Assembly: GCA_964016885.1 (NCBI GenBank)
Contig: CAXHJY010000096.1
Coordinates: 1,426,001 to 1,490,000, forward strand
Direction of reading: 5' to 3'
Source: Eledone cirrhosa
Lineage: Eukaryota
DNA length: 64,000 bases
The notes beneath the pieces were generated by a model, which worked only from the letters and a program-made list of their open reading frames with translations, did no database searches and was not told the origin of the DNA. The position numbers and the translations under genes are program-made. This document shows positions 10,001 to 24,800 of the stretch, piece after piece. How positions within the stretch are numbered: position 1 is the first letter of the stretch; every line of letters starts with the position of its first letter.

Positions 10001-13000
10001 GATAATATCCAGCCGTCCAAGGGGAGATAATTTCCAGCCGTCCAAGGGGAGATAATTTCCAGCCGTCCAAGGGGAGATAATTTCCATCCTTCCAAGGGGA
10101 TATAATTTCCAGCCGTCCAAGGGGAGATAATTTCCATCCTTCCAAGGGGATATAATTTCCAGCCGTCCAAGGGGAGATAATTTTCAGCCGTCCAAGGAGA
10201 GGTAATTTCTAGCCGTCCAAGGAGAGATAATTTCCAGCCGTCCAAGGGGAGATAATTTCCAGCCGTCCAAGGGGAGATAATTTCCAGCCGTCCAAGGAGA
10301 CATATTTTCCAGCCGTCCAAGGAGAGGTAATTCCTAGCCGTCCAAGGGGAGATAAATTCCAGCCTCCAAGGGGAGATAATTTCCAGCCAGCCAAGGGGAG
10401 ATAATTTGTAAAAAAAATCAGGGGGAGATAATTTGTAAAAAAAATCAGGGGGAGATAATTTGTAAAAAAAAATCAGGGGGAGATAATTTGTAAAAAATAA
10501 TCAGGGGGAGATAATTTGTAAAAAAAATCAAGGGGAGATAATTTCCAGCCGTCCAAGGGGAGATAATTTTCAGCCGTCCAAGGGGAGATAATTTCCCGCC
10601 AGCCAAGGGAAGATAATATTTAAAAAAATTAGGCGGAGATAATTTGTAAAAAAAATCAGGGGGAGATAATTTGTAAAAAAATCAGGGGGAGATAATTTGT
10701 AAAAAAAATCAGGGGGAGATAATTTGTAAAAAAAATCAGGGGGAGATAATTTGTAAAAAAAAATCAGGGGGAGATAATTTGTAAAAAAAATCAAGGGGAG
10801 ATAATTTCCAGCCGTCCAAGGGAAGATAATTTCCAGCCCTCCAAGGGGCTATAATTTCCAGCGTCCAAGGGGAGATAATTTCCAGCCAGCGAAGGGGAGA
10901 TAATTTTTTTTAAAAAATCATTGGGAGATTTGTAAAAAAAATCAGGGGGAGATAATTTGTAAAAAAAATCAAGGGGAGATAATTTCCAGCCGTCCAAGGG
11001 GAGGTAATATCTAGCCGTCCAAGGGGAGATAATTTCCAGCCGTCCAAGGGGAGATAATTTCCAGCCGTCCAAGGGTAGATAATATCCAGCCGTCCAAGGA
11101 CATATTTTCCAGCCGTCCAAGGAGAGGTAATTTCTAGCCGTCCAAGGGGAGATAAATTCCAGCCTCCAAGGTGAGATAATTTCCAGCCAGCCAAGGGGAG
11201 ATAATTTGTAAAAAAATCAGGGGGAGATAATTTGTAAAAAAAATCAGGGGGAGATAATTTGTAAAAAAAAATCAGGGGGAGATAATTTGTAAAAAAAATC
11301 AGGGGGAGATAATTTGTAAAAAAAAATCAGGGGGAGATAATTTGTAAAAAAAATCAAGGGGAGATAATTTCCAGCCGTCCAAGGGGAGATAATTTCCCGC
11401 CAGCCAAGGGAAGATAATATTTAAAAAAATCAGGCGGAGATAATTTGTAAAAAAAATCAGGGGGAGATAATTTGTAAAAAAATCAGGGGGAGATAATTTG
11501 TAAAAAAAAAATCAGGGGGAGATAATTTGTAAAAAAAATCAGGGGGAGATAATTTGTAAAAAAAAATCAGGGGTAGATAAATTGTAAAAAAAAATCAGGG
11601 GGAGATAATTTGTAAAAAAAATCAGGGGGAGATAATTTGTAAAGAAAATGAAAGGGGAGATAATATCCAGCCGTCCAAGGGGAGATAATTTCCAGCCGTC
11701 CAAGGGGAGATAATTTCCAGCCGTCCAAGGGGAGATAATTTCCATCCTTCCAAGGGGATATAATTTCCAGCCGTCCAAGGGGAGATAATTTCCCGCCAGC
11801 CAAGGGAAGATAATTTTTAAAAAAATCAGGCGGAGATTGTAAAAAAAATCAGGGGGGAGATAATTTGTAAAAAAATCAGGGGGAGATAATTTGTAAAAAA
11901 AAATCAGGGGGAGATAATTTGTAAAAAATAATCAGGGGGAGATAATTTGTAAAAAAAAATCAAGGGGAGATAATTTCCAGCCGTCCAAGGGGAGATAATT
12001 TCCCGCCAGCCAAGGGAAGATAATATTTAAAAAAATTAGGCGGAGATAATTTGTAAAAAAAATCAGGGGGAGATAATTTGTAAAAAAATCAGGGGGAGAT
12101 AATTTGTAAAAAAAATCAGGGGGAGATAATTTGTAAAAAAAATCATGGGGAGATAATTTGTAAAAAAAAATCAGGGGTAGATAATTTGTAAAAAAAAATC
12201 AGGGGGAGATAATTTGTAAAAAAAAATCAGGGGGAGATAATTTGTAAAAAAAATCAAGGGGAGATAATTTCCAGCCGTCCAAGGGGAGATAATTTTCAGC
12301 TGTCCAAGGAGAGGTAATTTCTAGCCGTCCAAGGGGAGATAATTTCCAGCCGTCCAAGGGGAGGTAATTTCCAGCCGTCCAAGGGGAGATAATTTAAAAA
12401 AAAAAATCAGGCGGAGATAATTTGTAAAAAAAATCAAGGGGAGATAATTTGCAGCCGTCCAAGGGGAGATAATTTTCAGTCGTCCAAGGAGAGGTAATTT
12501 CTAGCCGTCCAAGGGGAGATAATTGCCAGCCGTCCAAGGGGAGATAATTTCCAGCCGTCCAAGGGGAGATAATTTTTTTTAAAAAATCAGGCGGAGATAA
12601 TTTGTAAAAAAAATCAGGGGGAGATAATTTGTAAACAAAATCAGGGGGAGATAATTTGTAAAAAAAAATCAGGGGGAGATAATTTGTAAAAAAAATCATG
12701 GAGAGATAATTTCCAGCCGTCCAAGGTGAGATAATTTCCAGCCGTCCAAGGAGACATATTTTCCAGCCGTCCAAGGCGAGGTAATTTCTAGCCGTCCAAG
12801 GGGAGATAAATTCCAGCCTCCAAGGGGAGATAATTTCCAGCCAGCCAAGTGGAGATAATTTGTAAAAAAATCAGGGGGAGATAATTTGTAAAAAATATCA
12901 GGGAGATAATTTGTAAAAAAAAATCAGGGGGAGATAATTTGTAAAAAAAATCAGGGGGAGATAATTTGTAAAAAAAAATCAGGGGGAGATAATTTGTAAA

Positions 13001-16000
13001 AAAAATCAAGGGGAGATAATTTCCAGCCGTCCAAGGGGAGATAATTTTCAGCCGTCCAAGGGGAGATAATTTCCCGCCAGCCATGGGAAGATAATATTTA
13101 AAAAAATCAGGCGGAGATAATTTGTAAAAAAAATCAGGGGGAGATAATTTGTAAAAAAATCAGGGGGAGATAATTTGTAAAAAAAAAATCAGGGGGAGAT
13201 AATTTGTAAAAAAAATCAGGGGAAGATAATTTGTAAAAAAAAATCAGGGGTAGATAATTTGTAAAAAAAAATCAGGGGGAGATAATTTGTAAAAAAAAAT
13301 CAGGGGGAGATAATTTGTAAAAAAATGAAAGGGGAGATAATATCCAGCCGTCCAAGGGGAGATAATTTCCAGCCGTCCAAGGGGATATAATTTCCAGCCG
13401 TCCAAGGGGAGATAATTTCCATCCTTCCAAGGGGATATAATTTCCAGCCGTCCAAGGGGAGATAATTTCCCGCCAGCCAAGGGAAGATAATTTTTAAAAA
13501 AATCAGGCGGAGATTGTAAAAAAAATCAGGGGGGAGATAATTTGTAAAAAAATCAGGAGGAGATAATTTGTAAAAAATAATCAGGGGGAGATAATTTGTA
13601 AAAAAATTCGAGGGGAGATAATTTCCAGCCGTCCAAGGGGAGATAATTTCCCGCCAGCCAAGGGAAGATAATATTTAAAAAAATTAGGCGGAGATAATTT
13701 GTAAAAAAAATCAGGGGGAGATAATTTGTAAAAAAATCAGGGGGAGATAATTTGTAAAAAAAATCAGGGGGAGATAATTTGTAAAAAAAATCATGGGGAG
13801 ATAATTTGTAAAAAAAAATCAGGGGTAGATAATTTGTAAAAAAAAATCAGGGGGAGATAATTTGTAAAAAAAAATCAGGGGGAGATAATTTGTAAAAAAA
13901 ATCAAGGGGAGATAATATCCAGCCGTCCAAGGAGAGATAATTTTAAAAAAAAATGAGGCGGAGATAATTTGTAAAAAAAAAATCAGGGGGAGTTAATTTG
14001 TAAAAAAAAATGAGGGGGAGATAATTTGTAAAAGAAATCAAGGGGAGATAATTTCCAGCCGTCCAAGGGGAGATAATTTTCAGCCGTCCAAGGAGAGGTA
14101 ATTTCTAGCCGTCCAAGGGGAGATAATTTCCAGCCGTCCAAGGGGAGGTAATTTCCAGCCGTCCAAGGGGAGATAAATTAAAAAAAAAATCAGGCGGAGA
14201 TAATTTGTAAAAAAAATCAAGGGGAGATAATTTGCAGCCGTCCAATGGGAGATAATTTTCAGTCGTCCAAGGAGAGGTAATTTCTAGCCGTCAAAGGGGA
14301 GATAATTTCCAGCCGTCCAAGGGGAGATAATTTCCAGCCGTCCAAGGGGAGATAATTTTTTTTTAAAAATCAGGCGGAGATAATTTGTAAAAAAAATCAG
14401 GGGGAGATAATTTGTAAACAAAATCAGGGGGAGATAATTTGTAAAAAAAAATCAGGGGGAGATAATTTGTAAAAAAAATTAGGCGTAGATAATTTGTAAA
14501 AAAAAATCAGGGGGAGATAATTTGTAAAAAAAAATCAGGGGGAGATAATTTGTTTAAAAAATCAAGGGGAGATAATTTGCAGCCGTCCAAGGGGAGATAA
14601 TTTTCAGCCGTCCAAGGAGAGGTAATTTCTAGCCGTTCAAGGGGAGATAATTTCCAGCCGTCCAAGGGGAGATAATTTCCAGCCGTCCAAGGGGAGATAA
14701 TTTTTTTTTAAAAATCAGGCGGAGATAATTTGTAACAAAAAATCAGGGGGAGATAATTCGTAAAAAAAAATCAGGGGGAGATAATTTGTAAAAAAAAATC
14801 AGGGGGAGATAATTTGTAAAAAAAATCAAGGGGAGATAATTTCCAGCCGTCCAAGGGAAGATAATTTCCAGCCCTCCAAGGGGCTATAATTTCCAGCGTC
14901 CAAGGGGAGATAATTTCCAGCCAGCGAAGGGGAGATAATTTTTTAAAAAAAATCATTGGGAGATTTGTAAAAAAAATCAGGGGGAGATAATTTGTAAAAA
15001 AAATCAAGGGGAGATAATTTCCAGCCGTCCAAGGGGAGGTAATATCTAGCCGTCCAAGGGTAGATAATTTCCAGCCGTCCAACGGGAGATAATTTCCAGC
15101 CGTCCAAGGGTAGATAATATCCAGCCGCCCAAGGACATATTTTCCAGCCGTCCAAGGAGAGGTAATTTCTAGCCGTCCAAGGGGAGATAATTTCCAGCCG
15201 TCCAAGGGTAGATAATATCCAGCCGTCCAAGGACATATTTTCCAGCCGTCCAAGGAGAGGTAATTTCTAGCCGTCCAAGGGGAGATAAATTCCAGCCTCC
15301 AAGGGGAGATAATTTCCAGCCAGCCAAGGGGAGATAATTTGTAAAAAAATCAGGGGGAGATAATTTGTCAAAAAAATCAGGGGGAGATAATTTGTAAAAA
15401 AAAATCAGGGGGAGATAATTTGTAAAAAAAAATCAGGGGGAGATAATTTGCAAAAAAAATCAGGGGGAGATAATTTGTAAAAAAAAATCAGGGGTAGATA
15501 ATTTGTAAAAAAAAATCAGGGGGAGATAATTTGTAAAAAAAAATCAGGGGGAGATAATTTGTAAAAAAAATCAAGGGGAGATAATTTCCAGCCGTCCAAG
15601 GAGAGATAATTTAAAAAAAAATCAGGCGGAGATAATTTGTAAAAAAAAATCAGGGGGAGATAATTTGTAAAAAAAAATCAGGGGGAGATAATTTGTAAAA
15701 AAAAATCAGGGGGAGATAATTTGTAAAAAAAATCAGGAGGAGATAATTTGTAAAAAAAATCAAGGGGAGATAATTTCCAGCCGTCCAAGGAGAGATAATT
15801 TTAAAAAAAATCAGGCGGAGATAATTTGTAAAAAAAAATCAGGGGGAGATAATTTGTAAAAAAAAATCAGGGGGAGATAATTTGTAAAAAAAATCAAGGG
15901 GAGATAATTTCCAGCCGTCCAAGGGGAGATAATTTTCAGCCGTCCAAGGGGAGATAATTTCCCGCCAGCCAAGGGAAGATAATATTCAAAAAAATCAGGC

Positions 16001-18830
16001 GGAGATAATTTGTAAAAAAAATCAGGGGGAGATAATTTGTAAAAAAATCAGGGGGAGATAATTTGTAAAAAAAAAAAATCAGGGGGAGATAATTTTTAAA
16101 AAAAATCAGGGGGAGATAATTTGTAAAAAAAAATCAGGGGTAGATAATTTGTAAAAAAAAATCAGGGGGAGATAATTTGTAAAAAAAAATCAGGGGGAGA
16201 TAATTTGTAAAAAAAATGAAAGGGGAGATAATATCCAGCCGTCCAAGGGGAGATAATTTCCAGCCGTCCAAGGGGAGATAATTTCCAGCCGTCCAAGGGG
16301 AGATAATTTCCATCCTTCCAAGGGGATATAATTTCCAGCCGTCCAAGGGGAGATAATTTCCATCCTTCCAAGGGGATATAATTTCCAGCCGTCCAAGGGG
16401 AGATAATTTTCAGCCGTCCAAGGAGAGGTAATTTCTAGCCGTCCAAGGAGAGATAATTTCCAGCCGTCCAAGGGGAGATAATTTCCAGCCGTCCAAGGGG
16501 AGATAATTTCCAGCCGTCCAAGGAGACATATTTTCCAGCCGTCCAAGGAGAGGTAATTCCTAGCCGTCCAAGGGGAGATAAATTCCAGCCTCCAAGGGGA
16601 GATAATTTCCAGCCAGCCAAGGGGAGATAATTTGTAAAAAAAATCAGGGGGAGATAATTTGTAAAAAAAATCAGGGGGAGATAATTTGTAAAAAAAAATC
16701 AGGGGGAGATAATTTGTAAAAAATAATCAGGGGGAGATAATTTGTAAAAAAAATCAAGGGGAGATAATTTCCAGCCGTCCAAGGGGAGATAATTTTCAGC
16801 CGTCCAAGGGGAGATAATTTCCCGCCAGCCAAGGGAAGATAATATTTAAAAAAATTAGGCGGAGATAATTTGTAAAAAAAATCAGGGGGAGATAATTTGT
16901 AAAAAAATCAGGGGGAGATAATTTGTAAAAAAAATCAGGGGGAGATAATTTGTAAAAAAAATCAGGGGGAGATAATTTGTAAAAAAAAATCAGGGGGAGA
17001 TAATTTGTAAAAAAAATCAAGGGGAGATAATTTCCAGCCGTCCAAGGGAAGATAATTTCCAGCCCTCCAAGGGGCTATAATTTCCAGCGTCCAAGGGGAG
17101 ATAATTTCCAGCCAGCGAAGGGGAGATAATTTTTTTTAAAAAATCATTGGGAGATTTGTAAAAAAAATCAGGGGGAGATAATTTGTAAAAAAAATCAAGG
17201 GGAGATAATTTCCAGCCGTCCAAGGGGAGGTAATATCTAGCCGTCCAAGGGGAGATAATTTCCAGCCGTCCAAGGGGAGATAATTTCCAGCCGTCCAAGG
17301 GTAGATAATATCCAGCCGTCCAAGGACATATTTTCCAGCCGTCCAAGGAGAGGTAATTTCTAGCCGTCCAAGGGGAGATAAATTCCAGCCTCCAAGGTGA
17401 GATAATTTCCAGCCAGCCAAGGGGAGATAATTTGTAAAAAAATCAGGGGGAGATAATTTGTAAAAAAAATCAGGGGGAGATAATTTGTAAAAAAAAATCA
17501 GGGGGAGATAATTTGTAAAAAAAATCAGGGGGAGATAATTTGTAAAAAAAAATCAGGGGGAGATAATTTGTAAAAAAAATCAAGGGGAGATAATTTCCAG
17601 CCGTCCAAGGGGAGATAATTTCCCGCCAGCCAAGGGAAGATAATATTTAAAAAAATCAGGCGGAGATAATTTGTAAAAAAAATCAGGGGGAGATAATTTG
17701 TAAAAAAATCAGGGGGAGATAATTTGTAAAAAAAAAATCAGGGGGAGATAATTTGTAAAAAAAATCAGGGGGAGATAATTTGTAAAAAAAAATCAGGGGT
17801 AGATAAATTGTAAAAAAAAATCAGGGGGAGATAATTTGTAAAAAAAATCAGGGGGAGATAATTTGTAAAAAAAATGAAAGGGGAGATAATATCCAGCCGT
17901 CCAAGGGGAGATAATTTCCAGCCGTCCAAGGGGAGATAATTTCCAGCCGTCCAAGGGGAGATAATTTCCATCCTTCCAAGGGGATATAATTTCCAGCCGT
18001 CCAAGGGGAGATAATTTCCCGCCAGCCAAGGGAAGATAATTTTTAAAAAAATCAGGCGGAGATTGTAAAAAAAATCAGGGGGGAGATAATTTGTAAAAAA
18101 ATCAGGGGGAGATAATTTGTAAAAAATAATCAGGGGGAGATAATTTGTAAAAAAAAATCAAGGGGAGATAATTTCCAGCCGTCCAAGGGGAGATAATTTC
18201 CCGCCAGCCAAGGGAAGATAATATTTAAAAAAATTAGGCGGAGATAATTTGTAAAAAAAATCAGGGGGAGATAATTTGTAAAAAAATCAGGGGGAGATAA
18301 TTTGTAAAAAAAATCAGGGGAAGATAATTTGTAAAAAAAATCATGGGGAGATAATTTGTAAAAAAAAATCAGGGGTAGATAATTTGTAAAAAAAAATCAG
18401 GGGGAGATAATTTGTAAAAAAAAATCAGGGGGAGATAATTTGTAAAAAAAATCAAGGGGAGATAATTTCCAGCCGTCCAAGGGGAGATAATTTTCAGCTG
18501 TCCAAGGAGAGGTAATTTCTAGCCGTCCAAGGGGAGATAATTTCCAGCCGTCCAAGGGGAGGTAATTTCCAGCCGTCCAAGGGGAGATAATTTAAAAAAA
18601 AAAATCAGGCGGAGATAATTTGTAAAAAAAATCAAGGGGAGATAATTTGCAGCCGTCCAAGGGGAGATAATTTTCAGTCGTCCAAGGAGAGGTAATTTCT
18701 AGCCGTCCAAGGGGAGATAATTGCCAGCCGTCCAAGGGGAGATAATTTCCAGCCGTCCAAGGGGAGATAATTTTTTTTAAAAAATCAGGCGGAGATAATT
18801 TGTAAAAAAAATCAGGGGGAGATAATTTGT
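5106..18830 (+). repeat. Higher-order repeat, period 6,225-6,226 bp, about 2.2 near-identical copies
   Basis: ORF-track offsets 5314/11539/17765, 6169/12394, 7019/13244, 8546/14771, 9908/16134 and 10791/17017. Rare variants are shared at this offset: CCATGG at 6856/13081, CCAATGG, GTCAAAGG. Confidence 0.93.
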
Positions 18831-21800
18831 AAAAAAAATCAGGGGGAGATAATTTGTAAAAAAAAATCAGGGGTAGATAATTTGTAAAAAAAAATCAGGG
18901 GGAGATAATTTGTAAAAAAAATCAAGGGGAGATAATTTCCAGCCGTCCAAGGGAAGATAATTTCCAGCCCTCCAAGGGGCTATAATTTCCAGCGTCCAAG
19001 GGGAGATAATTTCCAGCCAGCGAAGGGGAGATAATTTTTTAAAAAAAATCATTGGGAGATTTGTAAAAAAAATCAGGGGGAGATAATTTGTAAAAAAAAT
19101 CAAGGGGAGATAATTTCCAGCCGTCCAAGGGGAGGTAATATCTAGCCGTCCAAGGGTAGATAATTTCCAGCCGTCCAACGGGAGATAATTTCCAGCCGTC
19201 CAAGGGTAGATAATATCCAGCCGCCCAAGGACATATTTTCCAGCCGTCCAAGGAGAGGTAATTTCTAGCCGTCCAAGGGGAGATAATTTCCAGCCGTCTA
19301 AGGTTAGATAATATCCAGCCGTCCAAGGACATATTTTCCAGCCGTCCAAGGAGAGGTAATTTCTAGCCGTCCAAGGGGAGATAAATTCCAGCCTCCAAGG
19401 GGAGATAATTTCCAGCCAGCCAAGGGGAGATAATTTGTAAAAAAATCAGGGGGAGATAATTTGTAAAAAAAATCAGGGGGAGATAATTTGTAAAAAAAAA
19501 TCAGGGGGAGATAATTTGTAAAAAAAAATCAGGGGGAGATAATTTGCAAAAAAAATCAGGGGGAGATAATTTGTAAAAAAAAATCAGGGGTAGATAATTT
19601 GTAAAAAAAAATCAGGGGAGATAATTTGTAAAAAAAATCAAGGGGAGATAATTTCCAGCCGTCCAAGGAGAGATAATTTTAAAAAAAATCAGGCGGAGAT
19701 AATTTGTAAAAAAAAATCAGGGGGAGATAATTTGTAAAAAAAAATCAGGGGGAGATAATTTGTAAAAAAAAATCAGGGGGAGATAATTTGTAAAAAAAAT
19801 CAGGAGGAGATAATTTGTAAAAAAAATCAAGGGGAGATAATTTCCAGCCGTCCAAGGAGAGATAATTTAAAAAAAAATCAGGCGGAGATAATTTGTAAAA
19901 AAAAATCAGGGGGAGATAATTTGTAAAAAAAAATCAGGGGGAGATAATTTGTAAAAAAAATCAAGGGGAGATAATTTCCAGCCGTCCAAGGGGAGATAAT
20001 TTTCAGCCGTCCAAGGGGAGATAATTTCCCGCCAGCCAAGGGAAGATAATATTCAAAAAAATCAGACGGAGATAATTTGTAAAAAAAATCAGGGGGAGAT
20101 AATTTGTAAAAAAATCAGGGGGAGATAATTTGTAAAAAAAAAAATCAGGGGGAGATAATTTTTAAAAAAAATCAGGGGGAGATAATTTGTAAAAAAAAAT
20201 CAGGGGTAGATAATTTGTAAAAAAAAATCAGGGGGAGATAATTTGTAAAAAAAAATCAGGGGGAGATAACTTGTAAAAAAAATGAAAGGGGAGATAATAT
20301 CCAGCCGTCCAAGGGGAGATAATTTCCAGCCGTCCAAGGGGAGATAATTTCCAGCCGTCCAAGGGGAGATAATTTCCATCCTTCCAAGGGGATATAATTT
20401 CCAGCCGTCCAAGGGGAGATAATTTCCATCCTTCCAAGGGGATATAATTTCCAGCCGTCCAAGGGGAGATAATTTTCAGCCGTCCAAGGAGAGGTAATTT
20501 CTAGCCGTCCAAGGAGAGATAATTTCCAGCCGTCCAAGGGGAGATAATTTCCAGCCGTCTAAGGGGAGATAATTTCCAGCCGTCCAAGGAGACATATTTT
20601 CCAGCCGTCCAAGGAGAGGTAATTCCTAGCCGTCCAAGGGGAGATAAATTCCAGCCTCCAAGGGGAGATAATTTCCAGCCAGCCAAGGGGAGATAATTTG
20701 TAAAAAAAATCAGGGGGAGATAATTTGTAAAAAAAATCAGGGGGAGATAATTTGTAAAAAAAAATCAGGGGTAGATAATTTGTAAAAAATAATCAGGGGG
20801 AGATAATTTGTAAAAAAAATCAAGGGGAGATAATTTCCAGCCGTCCAAGGGGAGATAATTTTCAGCCGTCCAAGGGGAGATAATTTCCCGCCAGCCAAGG
20901 GAAGATAATATTTAAAAAAATTAGGCGGAGATAATTTGTAAAAAAAATCAGGGGGAGATAATTTGTAAAAAAATCAGGGGGAGATAATTTGTAAAAAAAA
21001 TCAGGGGGAGATAATTTGTAAAAAAAATCAGGGGGAGATAATTTGTAGAAAAAAATCAGGGGGAGATAATTTGTAAAAAAAATCAAGGGGAGATAATTTC
21101 CAGCCGTCCAAGGGAAGATAATTTCCAGCCCTCCAAGGGGCTATAATTTCCAGCGTCCAAGGGGAGATAATTTCCAGCCAGCGAAGGGGAGATAATTTTT
21201 TTTAAAAAATCATTGGGAGATTTGTAAAAAAAATCAGGGGGAGATAATTTGTAAAAAAAATCAAGGGGAGATAATTTCCAGCCGTCCAAGGGGAGGTAAT
21301 ATCTAGCCGTCCAAGGGGAGATAATTTCCAGCCGTCCAAGGGGAGATAATTTCCAGCCGTCCAATGGTAGATAATATCCAGCCGTCCAAGGACATATTTT
21401 CCAGCCGTCCAAGGAGAGGTAATTTCTAGCCGTCCAAGGGGAGATAAATTCCAGCCTCCAAGGTGAGATAATTTCCAGCCAGCCAAGGGGAGATAATTTG
21501 TAAAAAAATCAGGGGGAGATAATTTGTAAAAAAAATCAGGGGGAGATAATTTGTAAAAAAAAATCAGGGGGAGATAATTTGTAAAAAAAATCAGGGGGAG
21601 ATAATTTGTAAAAAAAAATCAGGGGGAGATAATTTGTAAAAAAAATCAAGGGGAGATAATTTCCAGCCGTCCAAGGGGAGATAATTTCCCGCCAGCCAAG
21701 GGAAGATAATATTTAAAAAAATCAGGCGGAGATAATTTGTAAAAAAAATCAGGGGGAGATAATTTGTAAAAAAATCAGGGGGAGATAATTTGTAAAAAAA

Positions 21801-24800
21801 AAATCAGGGGGAGATAATTTGTAAAAAAAATCAGGGGGAGATAATTTGTAAAAAAAAATCAGGGGTAGATAAATTGTAAAAAAAAATCAGGGGGAGATAA
21901 TTTGTAAAAAAAATCAGGGGGAGATAATTTGTAAAAAAAATGAAAGGGGAGATAATATCCAGCCGTCCAAGGGGAGATAATTTCCAGCCGTCCAAGGGGA
22001 GATAATTTCCAGCCGTCCAAGGGGAGATAATTTCCATCCTTCCAAGGGGATATAATTTCCAGCCGTCCAAGGGGAGATAATTTCCCGCCAGCCAAGGGAA
22101 GATAATTTTTAAAAAAATCAGGCGGAGATTGTAAAAAAAATCAGGGGGGAGATAATTTGTAAAAAAATCAGGGGGAGATAATTTGTAAAAAAAAATCAGG
22201 GGGAGATAATTTGTAAAAAATAATCAGGGGGAGATAATTTGTAAAAAAAAATCAAGGGGAGATAATTTCCAGCCGTCCAAGGGGAGGTAATATCTAGCCG
22301 TCCAAGGGGAGATAATTTCCAGCCGTCCAACGGGAGATAATTTCCAGCCGTCCATGGGTAGATAATATCCAGCCGCCCAAGGACATATTTTCCAGCCGTC
22401 CAAGGAGAGGTAATTTCTAGCCGTCCAAGGGGAGATAATTACAGCCGTCCAAGGGTAGATAATATCCAGCCGTCCAAGGACATATTTTCCAGCCGTCCAA
22501 GGAGAGGTAATTTCTAGCCGTCCAAGGGGAGATAAATTCCAGCCTCCAAGGGGAGATAATTTCCAGCCAGCCAAGGGGAGATAATTTGTAAAAAAATCAG
22601 GGGGAGATAATTTGTAAAAAAAATCAGGGGGAGATAATTTGTAAAAAAAAATCAGGGGGAGATAATTTGTAAAAAAAAATCAGGGGGAGATAATTTGCAA
22701 AAAAAATCAGGGGAGATAATTTGTAAAAAAAAATCAGGGGTAGATAATTTGTAAAAAAAAATCAGGGGGAGATAATTTGTAAAAAAAAATCAGGGGGAGA
22801 TAATTTGTAAAAAAAATCAAGGGGAGATAATTTCCAGCCGTCCAAGGGAAGATAATTTCCAGCCCTCCAAGGGGCTATAATTTCCAGCGTCCAAGGGGAG
22901 ATAATTTCCAGCCAGCGAAGGGGAGATAATTTTTTTTAAAAAATCATTGGGAGATTTGTAAAAAAAATCAGGGGGAGATAATTTGTAAAAAAAATCAAGG
23001 GGAGATAATTTCCAGCCGTCCAAGGGGAGGTAATATCTAGCCGTCCAAGGGGAGATAATTTCCAGCCGTCCAACGGGAGATAATTTCCAGCCGTCCATGG
23101 GTAGATAATATCCAGCCGCCCAAGGACATATTTTCCAGCCGTCCAAGGAGAGGTAATTTCTAGCCGTCCAAGGGGAGATAATTTCCAGCCGTCCAAGGGT
23201 AGATAATATCCAGCCGTCCAAGGACATATTTTCCAGCCGTCCAAGGAGAGGTAATTTCTAGCCGTCCAAGGGGAGATAAATTCCAGCCTCCAAGGGGAGA
23301 TAATTTCCAGCCAGCCAAGGGGAGATAATTTGTAAAAAAATCAGGGGGAGATAATTTGTAAAAAAAATCAGGGGGAGATAATTTGTAAAAAAAAATCAGG
23401 GGGAGATAATTTGTAAAAAAAAATCAGGGGGAGAAAATTTGCAAAAAAAATCAGGGGGAGATAATTTGTAAAAAAAAATCAGGGGTAGATAATTTGTAAA
23501 AAAAAATCAGGGGGAGATAATTTGTAAAAAAAAATCAGGGGGAGATAATTTGTAAAAAAAATCAAGGGGAGATAATTTCCAGCCGTCCAAGGAGAGATAA
23601 TTTAAAAAAAAATCAGGCGGAGATAATTTGTAAAAAAAAATCAGGGGGAGATAATTTGTAAAAAAAATCAGGGGGAGATAATTTGTAAAAAAAAATCAGG
23701 GGTAGATAATTTGTAAAAAAAAATCAGGGGGAGATAATTTGTAAAAAAAAATCAGGGGGAGATAATTTGTAAAAAAAATCAAGGGGAGATAATTTCCAGC
23801 CGTCCAAGGGGAGATAATTTTCAGCCGTCCAAGGGGAGATAATTTCCCGCCAGCCAAGGGAAGATAATATTCAAAAAAATCAGGCGGAGATAATTTGTAA
23901 AAAAAATCAGGGGGAGATAATTTGTAAAAAAATCAGGGGGAGATAATTTGTAAAAAAAAAAATCAGGGGGAGATAATTTTTAAAAAAAATCAGGGGGAGA
24001 TAATTTGTAAAAAAAAATCAGGGGTAGATAATTTGTAAAAAAAAATCAGGGGGAGATAATTTGTAAAAAAAAATCAGGGGGAGATAATTTGTAAAAAAAA
24101 TGAAAGGGGAGATAATATCCAGCCGTCCAAGGGGAGATAATTTCCAGCCGTCCAAGGGGAGATAATTTCCAGCCGTCCAAGGGGAGATAATTTCCATCCT
24201 TCCAAGGGGATATAATTTCCAGCCGTCCAAGGGGAGATAATTTCCATCCTTCCAAGGGGATATAATTTCCAGCCGTCCAAGGGGAGATAATTTTCAGCCG
24301 TCCAAGGAGAGGTAATTTCTAGCCGTCCAAGGAGAGATAATTTCCAGCCGTCCAAGGGGAGATAATTTCCAGCCGTCCAAGGGGAGATAATTTCCAGCCG
24401 TCCAAGGAGACATATTTTCCAGCCGTCCAAGGAGAGGTAATTCCTAGCCGTCCAAGGGGAGATAAATTCCAGCCTCCAAGGGGAGATAATTTCCAGCCAG
24501 CCAAGGGGAGATAATTTGTAAAAAAAATCAGGGGGAGATAATTTGTAAAAAAAATCAGGGGGAGATAATTTGTAAAAAAAAATCAGGGGGAGATAATTTG
24601 TAAAAAATAATCAGGGGGAGATAATTTGTAAAAAAAATCAAGGGGAGATAATTTCCAGCCGTCCAAGGGGAGATAATTTTCAGCCGTCCAAGGGGAGATA
24701 ATTTCCCGCCAGCCAAGGGAAGATAATATTTAAAAAAATTAGGCGGAGATAATTTGTAAAAAAAATCAGGGGGAGATAATTTGTAAAAAAATCAGGGGGA

